Source of the DNA: Eutreptiella sp. 'Long Island Sound 2002' | Taxonomy: Eukaryota; Protista; Euglenida | DNA length: 64,000 nucleotides | Assembly (NCBI GenBank): GCA_964036045.1 | Contig: OZ038378.1 | Coordinates: forward strand, 173,662,001 to 173,726,000 | Direction of reading: 5' to 3' | Shown here: positions 53,200 through 64,000 of the stretch, in pieces | How positions within the stretch are numbered: the first letter of the stretch is position 1 | Layout of the letters: the number at the start of each line of letters is the position of its first letter | Notes under the pieces: generated by a model | What the model saw: only the letters and a program-made list of their open reading frames with translations | Told to the model about the DNA's origin: nothing | The model's database searches: none | Translations under genes and position numbers: made by a program

Positions 53200-56100
53200 G
53201 GGGGGGTCAATAGAGCCCCCAAAATCTGGGGGGGAAAGGGCTCATTTGGACAGGCACCATTAATCAATTGTTATGAACTCTGGCGCCAAAGGCGCCGAAA
53301 ATTTTTTCCCACATTAAACTTAGGCGGGCCAAACTGTGCGCCCCTTCGGCGACCAAAACTGGCCATTTTGGCCTTTTTCAGCACTTGTTGATTGTGCATG
53401 TGGAATCTGCATTATTTCTTCGCTTGTTTGTTGTACTGCGGCAAGACGTTATGCACGCCCTTCAATTTTGCTTTGTCGTGGTTACATTGGGGAACATGTC
53501 TAAATTGGTCTGTTTATTTTACAAATTGGGGGAAGGTGACCGAATATTCAGTCGGCTTTGACATAGTTGCGAAATCAATACATGAAATTGCACGCTGGTG
53601 ACCAAAAGCTGACTGAATATTCGGTCAGCTTTGGAATTTCTGCTTTTCACGGCTGATTTTTAGTACAATTGTGTTTTAAAGTGTTAGGTCATGTATGTTG
53701 AAGTGTTGCACTCACTGCTATTGCGTTTGCAGTGATATTTATGTATGATTTCTTCATTTTGAGTGAAGCTGACTCCATTTTCAGTCAGATTTTGTGGCAA
53801 CACATTACAACACCGTTGCAACATGGTGTCACTTGATCGTGCAAGCAGTCCACACTCCAATTTCATTGGGCTATCTTGATACATATGAAACAATCATATG
53901 AAAATCACTGAAATCATGGAGTCCGATCCAAGTGAAAATCAATCCAATATATGTATGCCATGCAATGCACTTAAAAGGGTATAGGAAAAGGCGTTCTTGG
54001 CAACTCTGACTGAAAATTCAGTCAGCCTTCCAAAAATATTCGAATTGAGTAGTCAAATTTTCATCAATGTCAACTCTGACTGAAAAATCAGTCAAGATTG
54101 AAAAAATACGCACAAGTGGTATGATTATCAATATTCACAAACGGTGCAGCTCCCCTGCTGCACAGTGGATGGCCATTACTTGCAGCGGCATGACCCAAGG
54201 ACAGTGCCACAGCCGTGCCCAACAGCAGGCTTGGCACGGTTGTGGGCACTATCAGTGATGGATGCGACACCTAACAGAGCAGCAAAATATTTTTGTGAAA
54301 AATGATATACTCTTTTGACATGAATTGAAGAGCTAACTGAAAATTCAGTCAGCATTTGAATCTTCCCGAGAAAAAAATTTCTTGTCCCTGAGGTGAAAAA
54401 GCGGACCAAAACTCAGTCACCCTGTACTGTTTTGTTTTGTAACGAATTTAGTCAGCCCCGAGTATCATATTGAGCATGTTCGACTTTTACTCCATTTTTA
54501 TGCCTGCGCACCCCTTAATGGACCAAAAGTCCTTGTCTTGCCCAATGCCATTGGTGTCTTTTTAGTGAATCCTGACTGAATTTTCAGTCAAAGTTGACAT
54601 CTATGAAGATTTGTGTACTCGTATCGAATGTTTTCGGACGGCTAACTGAATTTTCGGTCAGAGTTGCCAAGAAATCCTTTCCACGGTTCCAACTGCCCCT
54701 TTTTTGTCAAGCGCATGGCATACACATACTGCTTTGATTTTAATTGCTACTTTGGATTCAATGATTTTCACATGTTGGTGTCGGGTGGATCGAGATGAAC
54801 CAATGAAATGGGATTGTGGAGTGCCTACAACGTCAAGTGACTGCATGGAGAAGTAGTGGTGTGTTGTGGTGCCACACATAAGGTGCTTTACGGTGTGTTG
54901 TGGTACGTTTTGGAAGCCCCCCGTGTTACCCAACCACGTTCCTATTCAATCGGCTTGACTTAAAATGAAAACACCATTTATGAATATCTGTACAACAACA
55001 ATAGCGCAGGGTGTAACACCTCAACATCTATTAGCTCACTATTTGAAACACAACTCTACTAAAAATCAGGCACAAAATGTAGAAATTTCAAAGGTGACCG
55101 AATATTCAGTCAGCTTTTGGTCACAGTTGTGCAATACCATGTATCAATTTAGCAATTATGACAATGTTGACCGAATATTCAGTCAGCTTCAAAGAATCCG
55201 TAAAATACTTTCCCTAGCATGACTGGGACAACAAGAAAGGATGGCGCACACAGCATTTAGCCCTAGTACGGCAAACAAGCAAGAAAAAAATGCACAATTG
55301 ACATGCTTAATCCACGAGCGGCCAAAAAGGCAACAGTGGCCATTTTTGCTCTCTGAAGGGGCGCATAGGTTGGCCCGCCTAAGAGTTGGGGCCATGCACT
55401 GTGCAGCAAAAAGGCAATTTTTGGTGGTATTGATAATCATACCGCTTTTGTGTGTGTTTTTTTTTTATTCCTGACTGAAAATTCAGTCAGAGTTCAGATT
55501 TTTGTTGATTTGAATACTTGATTCAAATGTTTTGGGGAAGGCTAACTGAATTTTCATTCGGAGTTGCCAAGAAGGCGTTTTATTGTGCCCTTTTTAATGC
55601 ACTGCATGACATACACTGGCATCGGACACCATGATGTAAGTGATTTGACATAATTGGTTTATGTGTATCAAGATAGTCTAGTGAATTATGATTGTGGACT
55701 GCTTGCAGCATGAAGTGACACCATGGATAAAGAGTGTTGTGATGTTGTCCCACATGAACTGTGCTTTACAGTGTGCTTTGGTTGGTTTTAAGAAACCCCC
55801 TGGTACACAGGCATGTGATTGTCCAATCCAATGGTTCCCACATTCAATTTCCCCTGCTACAGGCCAAAAAATGATCTTGCAAGTGCCTGCTTGAACAGTC
55901 ACCCACACCCACACACCAATGGTAGTGCACACGTTTTGGTGCATAACGGCATAGTGAATTGAAGTCCGCACAGGTTACGCACCACCCAGCGTCAAATTCC
56001 ATACCCCAAATCAAACCTCGGAATGGCTGCTTCCATGTGGCCTTGTTTCAGCCATGGCCCTGCCGGGGGGGTGCACAGTTTGGCCCGCCTAAGTTAAAAT

Positions 56101-56320
56101 TGGTCAATTTTTTTTCCAACAAAAATATGGCAAACGATGACTTTTTTGAACCCCCTCGACGTGCTGATTCCAAAAATCTCATTTTCATTTTTTGCCAATT
56201 TTTGGGTGTGGGTCACCTCTGAGGCCCGGGGGTCGGTAGGATTTTGGGAGTCTTGTCAATTGAGCCCTTTCGGGGGGGGAGGGGGGGGTTTAGCCAGGGG
56301 GCTCTATCGACCCCCCCCCC
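53200..56320. mobile_element. MITE of the GGGGTCAATAGAGCCCC family split into 53200-53317 and 56095-56320 by a nested insertion
   Basis: Joining the halves restores ...GAAAATTTTTTCCCACAT-TAA-AATTGGTCAATTTTTTTT..., collinear with the intact copy at about 45270-45310. Terminal GGGGTCAATAGAGCCCC is inverted as GGGGCTCTATCGACCCC. Confidence 0.75.
53318..56094. mobile_element. 2777-bp non-autonomous TIR element with TAA target-site duplication and about 14 copies of a 20-bp palindrome
   Basis: TIR ACTTAGGCGGGCCAAACTGTGC(G)CCCC is inverted at 56067-56094; TAA at 53315-53317 and 56095-56097. An extra internal right end lies at about 55060-55385. Motif CTGACTGAA(NN)TTCAGTCAG is repeated. No convincing ORF. 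Confidence 0.8.
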
Positions 56321-58929
56321 TAAATTGCAAGCCCGGTTGCCCCATTGCTTTGCATGAGTTTGGATATTTCAACTCATTGTGCAATTGATTGTTCCGAGAT
56401 GCACCTGGTGTGTTTGCATTGCAGTGTTGTGTTGTCAATGGACCCTAGGATGCTAGACTTGTGGTTTGGGTCTTGGTGCCATGTACCATGCCACCAAGTG
56501 ATTGGCCTTGGACCCACCTTGCATGGCTGTACCACTAGTGTTACTCGGCAACCAAGGAGTGTGGGTCTAACCCTGGTACTGTGCTGCACTGCGCCTGCTC
56601 ATATGCCAATTTGGCGTTTGGAACTGTTTCGTGACTGCGAACCCTAGCCTACAACCACATCCCACAGCGGGCTCAGTGTAAGGCTCCTCCCCACAAGGCT
56701 AAGTGCACTGGGAACACACAACCCCACCCACAACCTATTGTACAACCACGCTCACAACCCACCATGTAGCAACATGTGCATGTCCTCGCCCCTCTAGCCC
56801 ACCCACCGCCCCCACCTTGCAGCCATCCTTGTGCACAAATGTGAAACAGAGAGCACAACTAGTTGGTGCTCTGTAGAAGGAGAATACCATTCATGCAGTG
56901 CGCACGCAGTGCACAGTTTTGTATGTCAGTGCACAGTTTTGTATGTCAGCAACTACATGAAGCCTGGTTTTCGCCCATAACCATAATTTCACCTATTCAT
57001 TAGCACCTGTAACTGCCCTGGAAAAAAAAAAAGAATACCCCTGCCAATGAACTGCTAGGGAGGAGGAGTGTTCCAAAGAGTTTAAGGAGACAAAAACATA
57101 TCCTCTATTTACCTGGGTGTAGGTCACCCAAAGGGCGAGATTGTTCTGATCACTCTAATGGTTTTGGGTCGGTTTTCGTTCTCGTGAGATTTAGTGCACA
57201 AATTTTCCCAAGAAGGATGGTTCTTCTTTCCTGGCATGATCCCACCCACCAGTGCTACATTGGGGACCACAGTAAAGTCTTTTTGTGCAGCGCTTGCAGC
57301 ATGCAAGTCGCATCATTGCCGTAGAAGATGGACATTGTAGGCATGCACACGCATAAGAATATGTAAAGTTTTATCCTTTTTTGCCGTTCTTTGATGCTTG
57401 AGGCCTTTCTCCCTACAACCCCATGAGATTCTTGTTGCACGTAGGCACCGCATAGCGGGGTCATCTGCTGAATTGTTAATTTTACAGGAACTGGGCTGTT
57501 TTGTAGGCAATTTTCTGAGCACCATGCAAACCACCTGTGAATCCATAGTCCACTCAGCCAGTTGAGTCCTGGTGTTGAAGGAAGCCCGGATTGCGTGCTG
57601 CCCTTATACTAGGCCTTGTCACAACCCCTGTCCCCCTCTTGGGACAGCCAAGCCTTCTTTGTTTGACCATGGTTGGGTGTGAAGCCGGCAGGGAAGTGGG
57701 CGCCAGGGGGGTAGTATGCTACAATGGGGAAAAGATTCCGTTTCACCCATGGAACAGCACCCCTCCTCTGCATCCCCCCCTGGCACTTCCCCCAAAATGA
57801 CCTTGACCAACAAGCGGGTTGGCGAAAAGACACGGTACTACACTACACACCAGTTGCACCACATGGAAACTTTTACGGAACACCTCCCCATGAAACATTT
57901 CTCTGGGGCAGAATCAAGTTTTCCAAAGGATTTTTTCAACCGTCTGATGATATGCAAACATCGGGTTGTTGAACCCCGCCCCTATTCCCCTGTTCCTAAA
58001 CAAGCCCAGAGGGAATAGTGCAATCTGCGTTTTTGCATATTGTCCCACCGTCTTTGCATATTTTCCTAATGGGGAGAGCACTGGGCGCTTTGTATGTACA
58101 ATGTTTCAATAGAAACGCAGTGGACCCCTACTGCCACGGGGTACAAAGGTTTGTGGCAAAGAATTGGTAATAGTTTGTTGGGATTTGTTGGGAAGACCCA
58201 TGTGATGTCGCGATAAACTGGTGGTAAGCCTTGACCCTGTGTGCAATTTTTGTTTCTTCGTATCTTTCAGAGAAAAAGTGCTCTTGTTGTTTTCCTCCAG
58301 AGGGAATTTGGGAGTGCATGCATTGCATACGTGTGCACATTAAAGGGTAGTGTGCTTGCATTAAGCACTGAGGTGTTGTCCATGAATTCATGCATCTTTT
58401 AAGTCCCAACTGGGAAGGAACCACGTAAGCAGTTGTCCGTATTGTGATGCATATTGTGGAGGGGTTGTTCCGAAGGGGGTCAGGGTCACAATAATTTATA
58501 AACCAAGAACCGAGGGTGGTGCAAAGAACCATTGCCAATTTGTGGAGAAGGCAGTGGGGAGGACTGATCCTGGGGCTCTCTTCATGCAGAGGTAAATGGG
58601 GCATTTCCCAGTGAAGTAGTCCAAAAAGGTGTCCGCACTGTTTGCGTGATGCAGATACGCCCCATGGTCTGCTCTACCCATGGCAGCGAACCAAAGGGAG
58701 GGGGCAAGACTTTTTTGGGTTGGGTGTGGCAGTTTTTCTAGCAGATACGACAGTCAGGACAATTGCAGGGGAAAGGGGAGAAATATGCTCAAAATATTCC
58801 CGTAGTTTTCATAGTTTTCAAGTCATTAGCTGATTGCAGAATTGCTCTCACTCCCCAGCTGAACCCACGTGGCATTGCCCCTATCCCCTGCCCTCAGCTT
58901 GAGTAGCTGACCCGTTGAAGGGCTGCAAA

Positions 58930-58989
58930 GTGTTTTGCCCCCCGGTTTACCCCTCTGTTTTGTCCCCATCCTGCCCTGCGGCTTTGCAG
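58930..58989 (+). promoter_or_regulatory. Pyrimidine tract and CAG, putative trans-splice acceptor of the KEN-box gene
   Basis: ...TTTTGCCCCCCGGTTTACCCCTCTGTTTTGTCCCCATCCTGCCCTGCGGCTTTGCAG ends 18 nt before the ATG at 59008. Confidence 0.4.
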
Positions 58990-59007
58990 AAGAGAATCTT
59001 GTGGGGA

Positions 59008-59325
59008 ATGTCCGCTAATAAGCAGTTGAATAAGGCACCGATGTCCATCTACGAAGACACCGAATGTGACAAGATCAAGGTCTCCGTGAAGCCCAAGGAG
59101 GAGAAGGTGCACGACGCCGAAAAGGAGAACATCGACCCCCGGACCGGCCGGTGTACGACGGAAGTCCCACCGAAAAAGCGGAAGCTGGACAGCGACAGCA
59201 CACCAGACAAAACCGTCGCCTTTCAGTCGTCGCGGCCGCCGTATTCAATCAACGTACCGCTCCCGGCCAATTCGTACAAATGCAGCAAATCCAACACCAA
59301 GCCCAAACTGTTGGGGTATCGGTGA
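59008..59325 (+). CDS. Small basic, disordered hypothetical protein (105 aa as an unspliced ORF) with KEN box and NLS; may continue after an intron starting at 59322
   Basis: GC3-rich coding-like sequence: MSANKQLNKAPMSIYED...EKENIDP...PPKKRKL...KLLGYR*. The end CG|GTGAGC is also a plausible donor. Confidence 0.65.
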   Translation: MSANKQLNKAPMSIYEDTECDKIKVSVKPKEEKVHDAEKENIDPRTGRCTTEVPPKKRKLDSDSTPDKTVAFQSSRPPYSINVPLPANSYKCSKSNTKPKLLGYR

Positions 59326-60056
59326 GCTGTGGAGTGTGCAGTTGGCATTTGAAGTCTGGATTGCGAACATCCATTTGAAGGGTTTTCGCCCGCCAACGAA
59401 ACCCGTTCTGAGGGAAAGCCCGCGGCGCGCATGCGACGGGCCCTTGTGATTACATTCCTGCAACAAGTTGCGAAAATGCCCGACTTTGCGGCTTTCGGGG
59501 CCCAGGTCCCCGATTTCGTTTGGAGAATCGCGATTCTGGGTAGTTCGAGGATGGTCGCTGGGAAGCGTCATTACACGGCTCTTGCGCGCGCAGCCGTGCC
59601 TCCCATGTATTGTGCTGTGGGGCTCCAAAAATTGCGAAACCCCAGGATTCTCTGACGTCTGTGGGAAGGATGTGGAGTATCTGGGGCCGCGACCCTGCTC
59701 ACCCTTCCTCCCTCCTCAAGTAATTACCTCCTCGATGGCAACCTTGTTCCATGTTCTTTATTTTGTAGGCTGGGCACCAGTTGATCCCTAGCAGTTCCTT
59801 GGTTCAATGTCATGGGATTCTGCATTTTTGCCTTCCCGTGGCAGCATCCAGCTCCGCGTTGCCTTTCCGCATGATTTTATATATTTTCCCCGTCTCCCGG
59901 TAGAAACTCAGGGTTGGTGCTGTGGTGCATGCTGTGTGTCCTTGCTTTTTGTGCAGCCAGGATCACACTCTGAATGAGTGCACTGGACCCTCCTGTGTGT
60001 ATGTTTGGTTTGTGTGCTCTGCTGCTTTTGCTGCATCATCATTCAGCAATGCTTGG

Positions 60057-60135
60057 TGGTGATGGTGATGGTGGTGGTGGTGGTGGTGGTGGTGGTGGTG
60101 GTGGTGGTGGTGGTGGTGGTGGTGGTGGTGGTGGT
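60057..60135. repeat. (GGT)n microsatellite followed by (GTY)n-like tracts
   Basis: Directly visible. Confidence 0.95.
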
Positions 60136-62218
60136 GTACTGTTGTTGTGCTTGTTGGTGTTGTCGTCGCCTCGTCCTTGTTGTTGTTGTCCGTCATTGGC
60201 ATTGCCCGTCGTCGTAGTCGTTGTCGTTGGTGTCGTTGAGTACATACCCCTCGAGGACTTCGAGGACTGGGGGCGGGGGTTCAAGCTTTGGGTCTTTTAT
60301 CTGTTGCGTTTTGAACGATTCTGTGTTTCTCAACACTTGAATCGCTTCTTGTCCTGGTGCGAGGAGGCAATGCGCACGCACGTTAGTGTGGCCGCGGTGC
60401 CACAAAGGGCCCTATGGTCACACTTTATTTGTTGCCGCACTCTGAGGGATACGATCCAACAGTCACAGAGGGACATGCGGATGCAAAGCCAGCGAGAGCG
60501 AGGGGGCGAGAGAAGGATTGAGACCGATGAATGGTGAGACGGTGAGATTCATGGAGACGGAGATCGAGCGATCGAGATGAGTAGTCGTGGAGAGAGATCA
60601 ATGGAGAGGGTGAGGGCGTGAGGCAAAGAACAGGGGAGGGATTGCAGGCATTGGTTACGTTCCCGGCAAATTCGGTAGCAGTCAGCGCATCGGAGTCACA
60701 GTGTGTGAGTCGTCTGTTCGACGGTTTCCATGCCCCAAGGCCACACTGGATTCTGCGTTCTGCAGCATGAATCCACTCCGGTTCCAACCACCGATTTCTG
60801 TTTTTTTTGTCCACATTTGATCTTTTCCATTTTCTGCTCTGAGGCCTAGCTGCGATTCCAGGCATTTCTTTACCGCACAAAGCTTCACTTCCACCCATCG
60901 TGTACAGTGCCTTGTGTGCCAGCAGTCTGTGCTGAACCCGAGGGTCAAGGTGCAGGCACACACATCTTTGTCATCTTTCTGGGATGTGCCATACGCTTGC
61001 GCTCCGCATACGTCCTGTGCAAATCCTCACTGTCAGGCTGCTTGCGTGCATGCCCCTTAATCCTCGACCCGGCAGCTGCTCTGTCACCGCCTCCGCGATA
61101 TGGCTCAGCCACGCTGCCCACACAACAGGGATTGGGCTGATGGCTGGGCAAACAAGTTCCTGCTGACCTCAATTTTACCCGGGATATTTGTGGGGATCTG
61201 CTGTTTTGTTTCCGAATTGGTGACTGTTTTGGGCGTGGCTCTGCCAGACGGCCTCTGCAATCGTGCAGTGCGCCAAGCCCCATTCAGAGTTCAGAGATTT
61301 CAGAGTTCAGAAAGTTGCAGTTCCAGAAGAATGTCAGATTATACGAAATGCTCCCATTTTAGCAGTTGAGCTTCAGGCTAGCCCTCATGCAGCAGTCACA
61401 TGCAGCATATGTCACAATGACAGTAGATTAGAAAATGCGAGCCTACTGGCCACGATAACCAAACTGACCGTGTGGGGCGACCACTGTGTCACTCTGCCAG
61501 TGGCATTTGATACAAGCGATTGTAGAGATTGTAGAGAATTTAGTACTTCACTGTGACACTCCTTCCGTGCCTACTGCAGTCTATTACACGGGGACGGGTC
61601 AACCGTGTCCCCGTGTTCACTCCCAAGCCCAAGCTGCAAGCTGCGAGCATGCAGTGTTCCGTTAGCCAATCCTGGGCACCCATGGCTCCTCGTCATGTCA
61701 TTTCGCTCTTTGTGTGTCAGTTCCAGCCCCCCCTCTCCCTTCCCCCTCCTTTTAGATTGGGCGTGAGATGCGCATGTCACACCCCTGCAGTGGTGATTGT
61801 CGAAGTCAACCTGTCCATGTTCAAGGACAGCTTTGCAACTCCACCCATCAGGCCAGATGGATGTTGAAGTTGCAGGGAGTCTTTGCCTCTGTGTGTGTGT
61901 GCCTGCATGTGCAATGTGCATGCTGTGCGTGGCATTTCCATGGTGTGCATGCGCTTCCAGTGCCGAATTGCCGAGCTACAGTATGTGTATGGGGGAGCGG
62001 CAGCGCGCTGGGCATCTTTTTGGGCCACTTTTGATACGGAGCCGTAATCCACGCTTTTTGCATGGCCCCTTTCCGGTTGGGGATATGATGAATGCCCCTT
62101 TCCACAAGTTTTTTGTTCCATACTGGGGTTATTTTTAGCTTCTTATGCTTTTTTTTTGGATGTGGCATATTTGATTGTCACCCATTTTTACCCATTTTCT
62201 ATCCCTCTTATCTCCGCA

Positions 62219-62352
62219 CCATGGGGAACCCGAGAAGGGAGGGGCGATGTAGCAATATTGATCTATCCTCACCATGGGGACCCCAAGAAGGCAGGGGTAA
62301 TGTAGCCATATTGATCTATCCCCACCATGGGGACCCCGAGAAGGTAGGGGTG
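62219..62352. repeat. 53-bp tandem repeat, about 2.5 copies, abutting the transposase remnant
   Basis: CCATGGGGA(A/C)CCC(G/A)AGAAGG..GGGG..ATGTAGC.ATATTGATCTATCC(T/C)CA repeated. Confidence 0.8.
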
Positions 62353-62369
62353 CGGTTGTCTCATACCTG

Positions 62370-62871
62370 TGGTGATTTCTTTGATTTTGAGGTTGGGAGC
62401 CATGACGGCGCTTATAAAGGCCGGATTCATGTAATTGTGCCATTCATTGGAAGGAAGAATGGATCTTTGACGGCCCGGCAACAGTCGTACAATGATGTGC
62501 ATGGGTGGAAAACAGCACGCATTGAGCATTTGTTTGGACAGTTGTGGCATTGGGTTTTGGTTAGGAACATGTGGTGTGGCGGCCCTACTGAGTTGCTCCA
62601 GTCCGTGTGTGTTTTGTTGCATTTCACGCAATTTTGCATTCGGAGGCATGTCCGTCACCCTCCTTATGGGCCATGGGACCATGTCCCGCCTCATGTTTGG
62701 ACTGATAAAACCAACTCAGCCACCACGCAAGATGAGGGAAAGGATGAGGAAGATGTGTGTGCGTTGTGTTGTCAGAAGTGCTCCACCATCACAGTTTGTG
62801 GTGAGTGCCAGGAGCATTATTGTGACAAATGTATTGATGCCCACACTTGTGGGGAACAAGTTGTTTATTAG
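62370..62871 (+). pseudogene. 5'-truncated PIF/Harbinger-like (DDE_Tnp_4-type) transposase C-terminus with fused Cys/His zinc finger
   Basis: HDGAYKG..HVIVPF.....LTARQQSYNDVHGWKTARIEHLFG matches the Harbinger/IS5-group D-x-x-Y...N..H...R..IE..FG pattern. It is followed by CALCC..C.....C..C....C..C...H.C. Confidence 0.75.
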
Positions 62872-63062
62872 CCAATACATGATGGATACAGATTGTTGTT
62901 GAATTCAGCTATTTCGACTTATGCAGCATGCTTTGTAGGGAAGGTTTGCGGTCCACTCTGGTCAACTTGGGGGGCTCCTCTAGGGGAGGGTAAATCCGGG
63001 ATTAAAGCCGGGATAGTTAATACAAAAGTAGCGCGCAGGGCGCGCGCAGGGCAAACACCCCC

Positions 63063-63064
<2 letters not shown>

Positions 63065-63151
<87 letters not shown>
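63065..63151. repeat. (GT)n microsatellite
   Basis: Directly visible. Confidence 0.98.
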
Positions 63152-63152
<1 letters not shown>

Positions 63153-64000
63153 CATGTGCATGTATGTGTGAGTAGACTGCTGGATATGTAGTCTAGAGAC
63201 CTCCGCATCACAGGCCTTTTCTCAGTGTTCAGTTTAATTTTGGTCCCGTCACATTTGTCCACGTGAGTGCCGGACAGCCGGAGGCAAACCCAAGTTTCTT
63301 TTTTGACATGGGCTGTGGTCAGGCCGGCTTTGCTCTCATGTTCCTTTTTTTATGCCATATTTGTCTGGTTTCATGGATTTCTATTCAGCATCTGCTTGCC
63401 TCGCAGACGCTTGACGCCGGCATCTTGTACCTTCTCCCTGACATATCTCACTCGATCCGGCCCCAGCCACGGTCTAGTATCCAGTGCAGGCAATAAATGC
63501 CTTCAGCATTTGAATATTTGAACATTTTGAAATGGAATCATCGGCTGAACATGCCCAACCAGCATTTTGGGAGGCGTGTTCAAGGAAAGGGGATGCCCTG
63601 AAGGGCAGGCATGAAGGCAGGCACCACAGCCGGCTCAGGAGCAGTACTTGCAGCCAGCTATGCTGAATGCCCCCATCAATAACTGCGCAGAGGAGCACTT
63701 GACGTGATGGATGCGTGGTGCGCACACAGTGCAGAGATTCTCCCATGTTTCTACCTCTCTACCATGACCCAGAATCATGGCGTTTTGCTGGGTTCTGGGC
63801 TGAGCTGTGCTTACAGCAGGGCTGGAAACAAGGAATCCAACCGCAATATGTGCTGACCAACTATTTTCCCTGTGCCAAAGCGTCATGTCCTGCCATCTTT
63901 CAAACGATCCACAACACCAGCTGGCCAACATTGAGACCAACACACGCCACACAACAGCTACTCAAGACCGCCATGCCATGTGGATACCTAGGAGGCAGCA

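Noticed and set aside
57100-58800. Degraded coding-like minus-strand sequence
   Set aside because: No identifiable family motif; cannot be supported without a database search.

Overview
Repeat-rich eukaryotic (protist-like) genomic DNA; nothing here looks prokaryotic. Four intron-containing or compact genes can be reconstructed by hand, all on the + strand: a 2OG-Fe(II) oxygenase-like protein (2 exons), a secreted saposin-like protein with a Cys-rich tail (2 exons), a prenylcysteine oxidase (4 exons, ends QDEL) and a small KEN-box/NLS protein. There is also an orphan ricin-B lectin terminal exon with NQPAPP repeats. All resolved introns are GT-AG. Each gene has a pyrimidine tract plus CAG 4-18 nt before its ATG, suggesting spliced-leader trans-splicing; with TTAGGG-like motifs this points, by inference only, to a euglenozoan such as a euglenid. 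The rest is repetitive. It includes two abutting GC-rich tandem arrays (96-bp and 49-bp hairpin units, 1-4793), several MITE families, and a mosaic inverted element tipped with TTAGGG-like motifs. It also holds a decayed APE-RT-RNaseH-CCHC non-LTR retrotransposon, a near-perfect 435-bp direct repeat, Harbinger-like transposase remnants with a fused Cys/His finger, and a 2.8-kb non-coding TIR element carrying six pairs of a 20-bp palindrome about 70 bp apart. Most long ORFs in the supplied track are artefacts of tandem repeats and microsatellites. All assignments come from motif recognition and hand alignment; no database searches were run.
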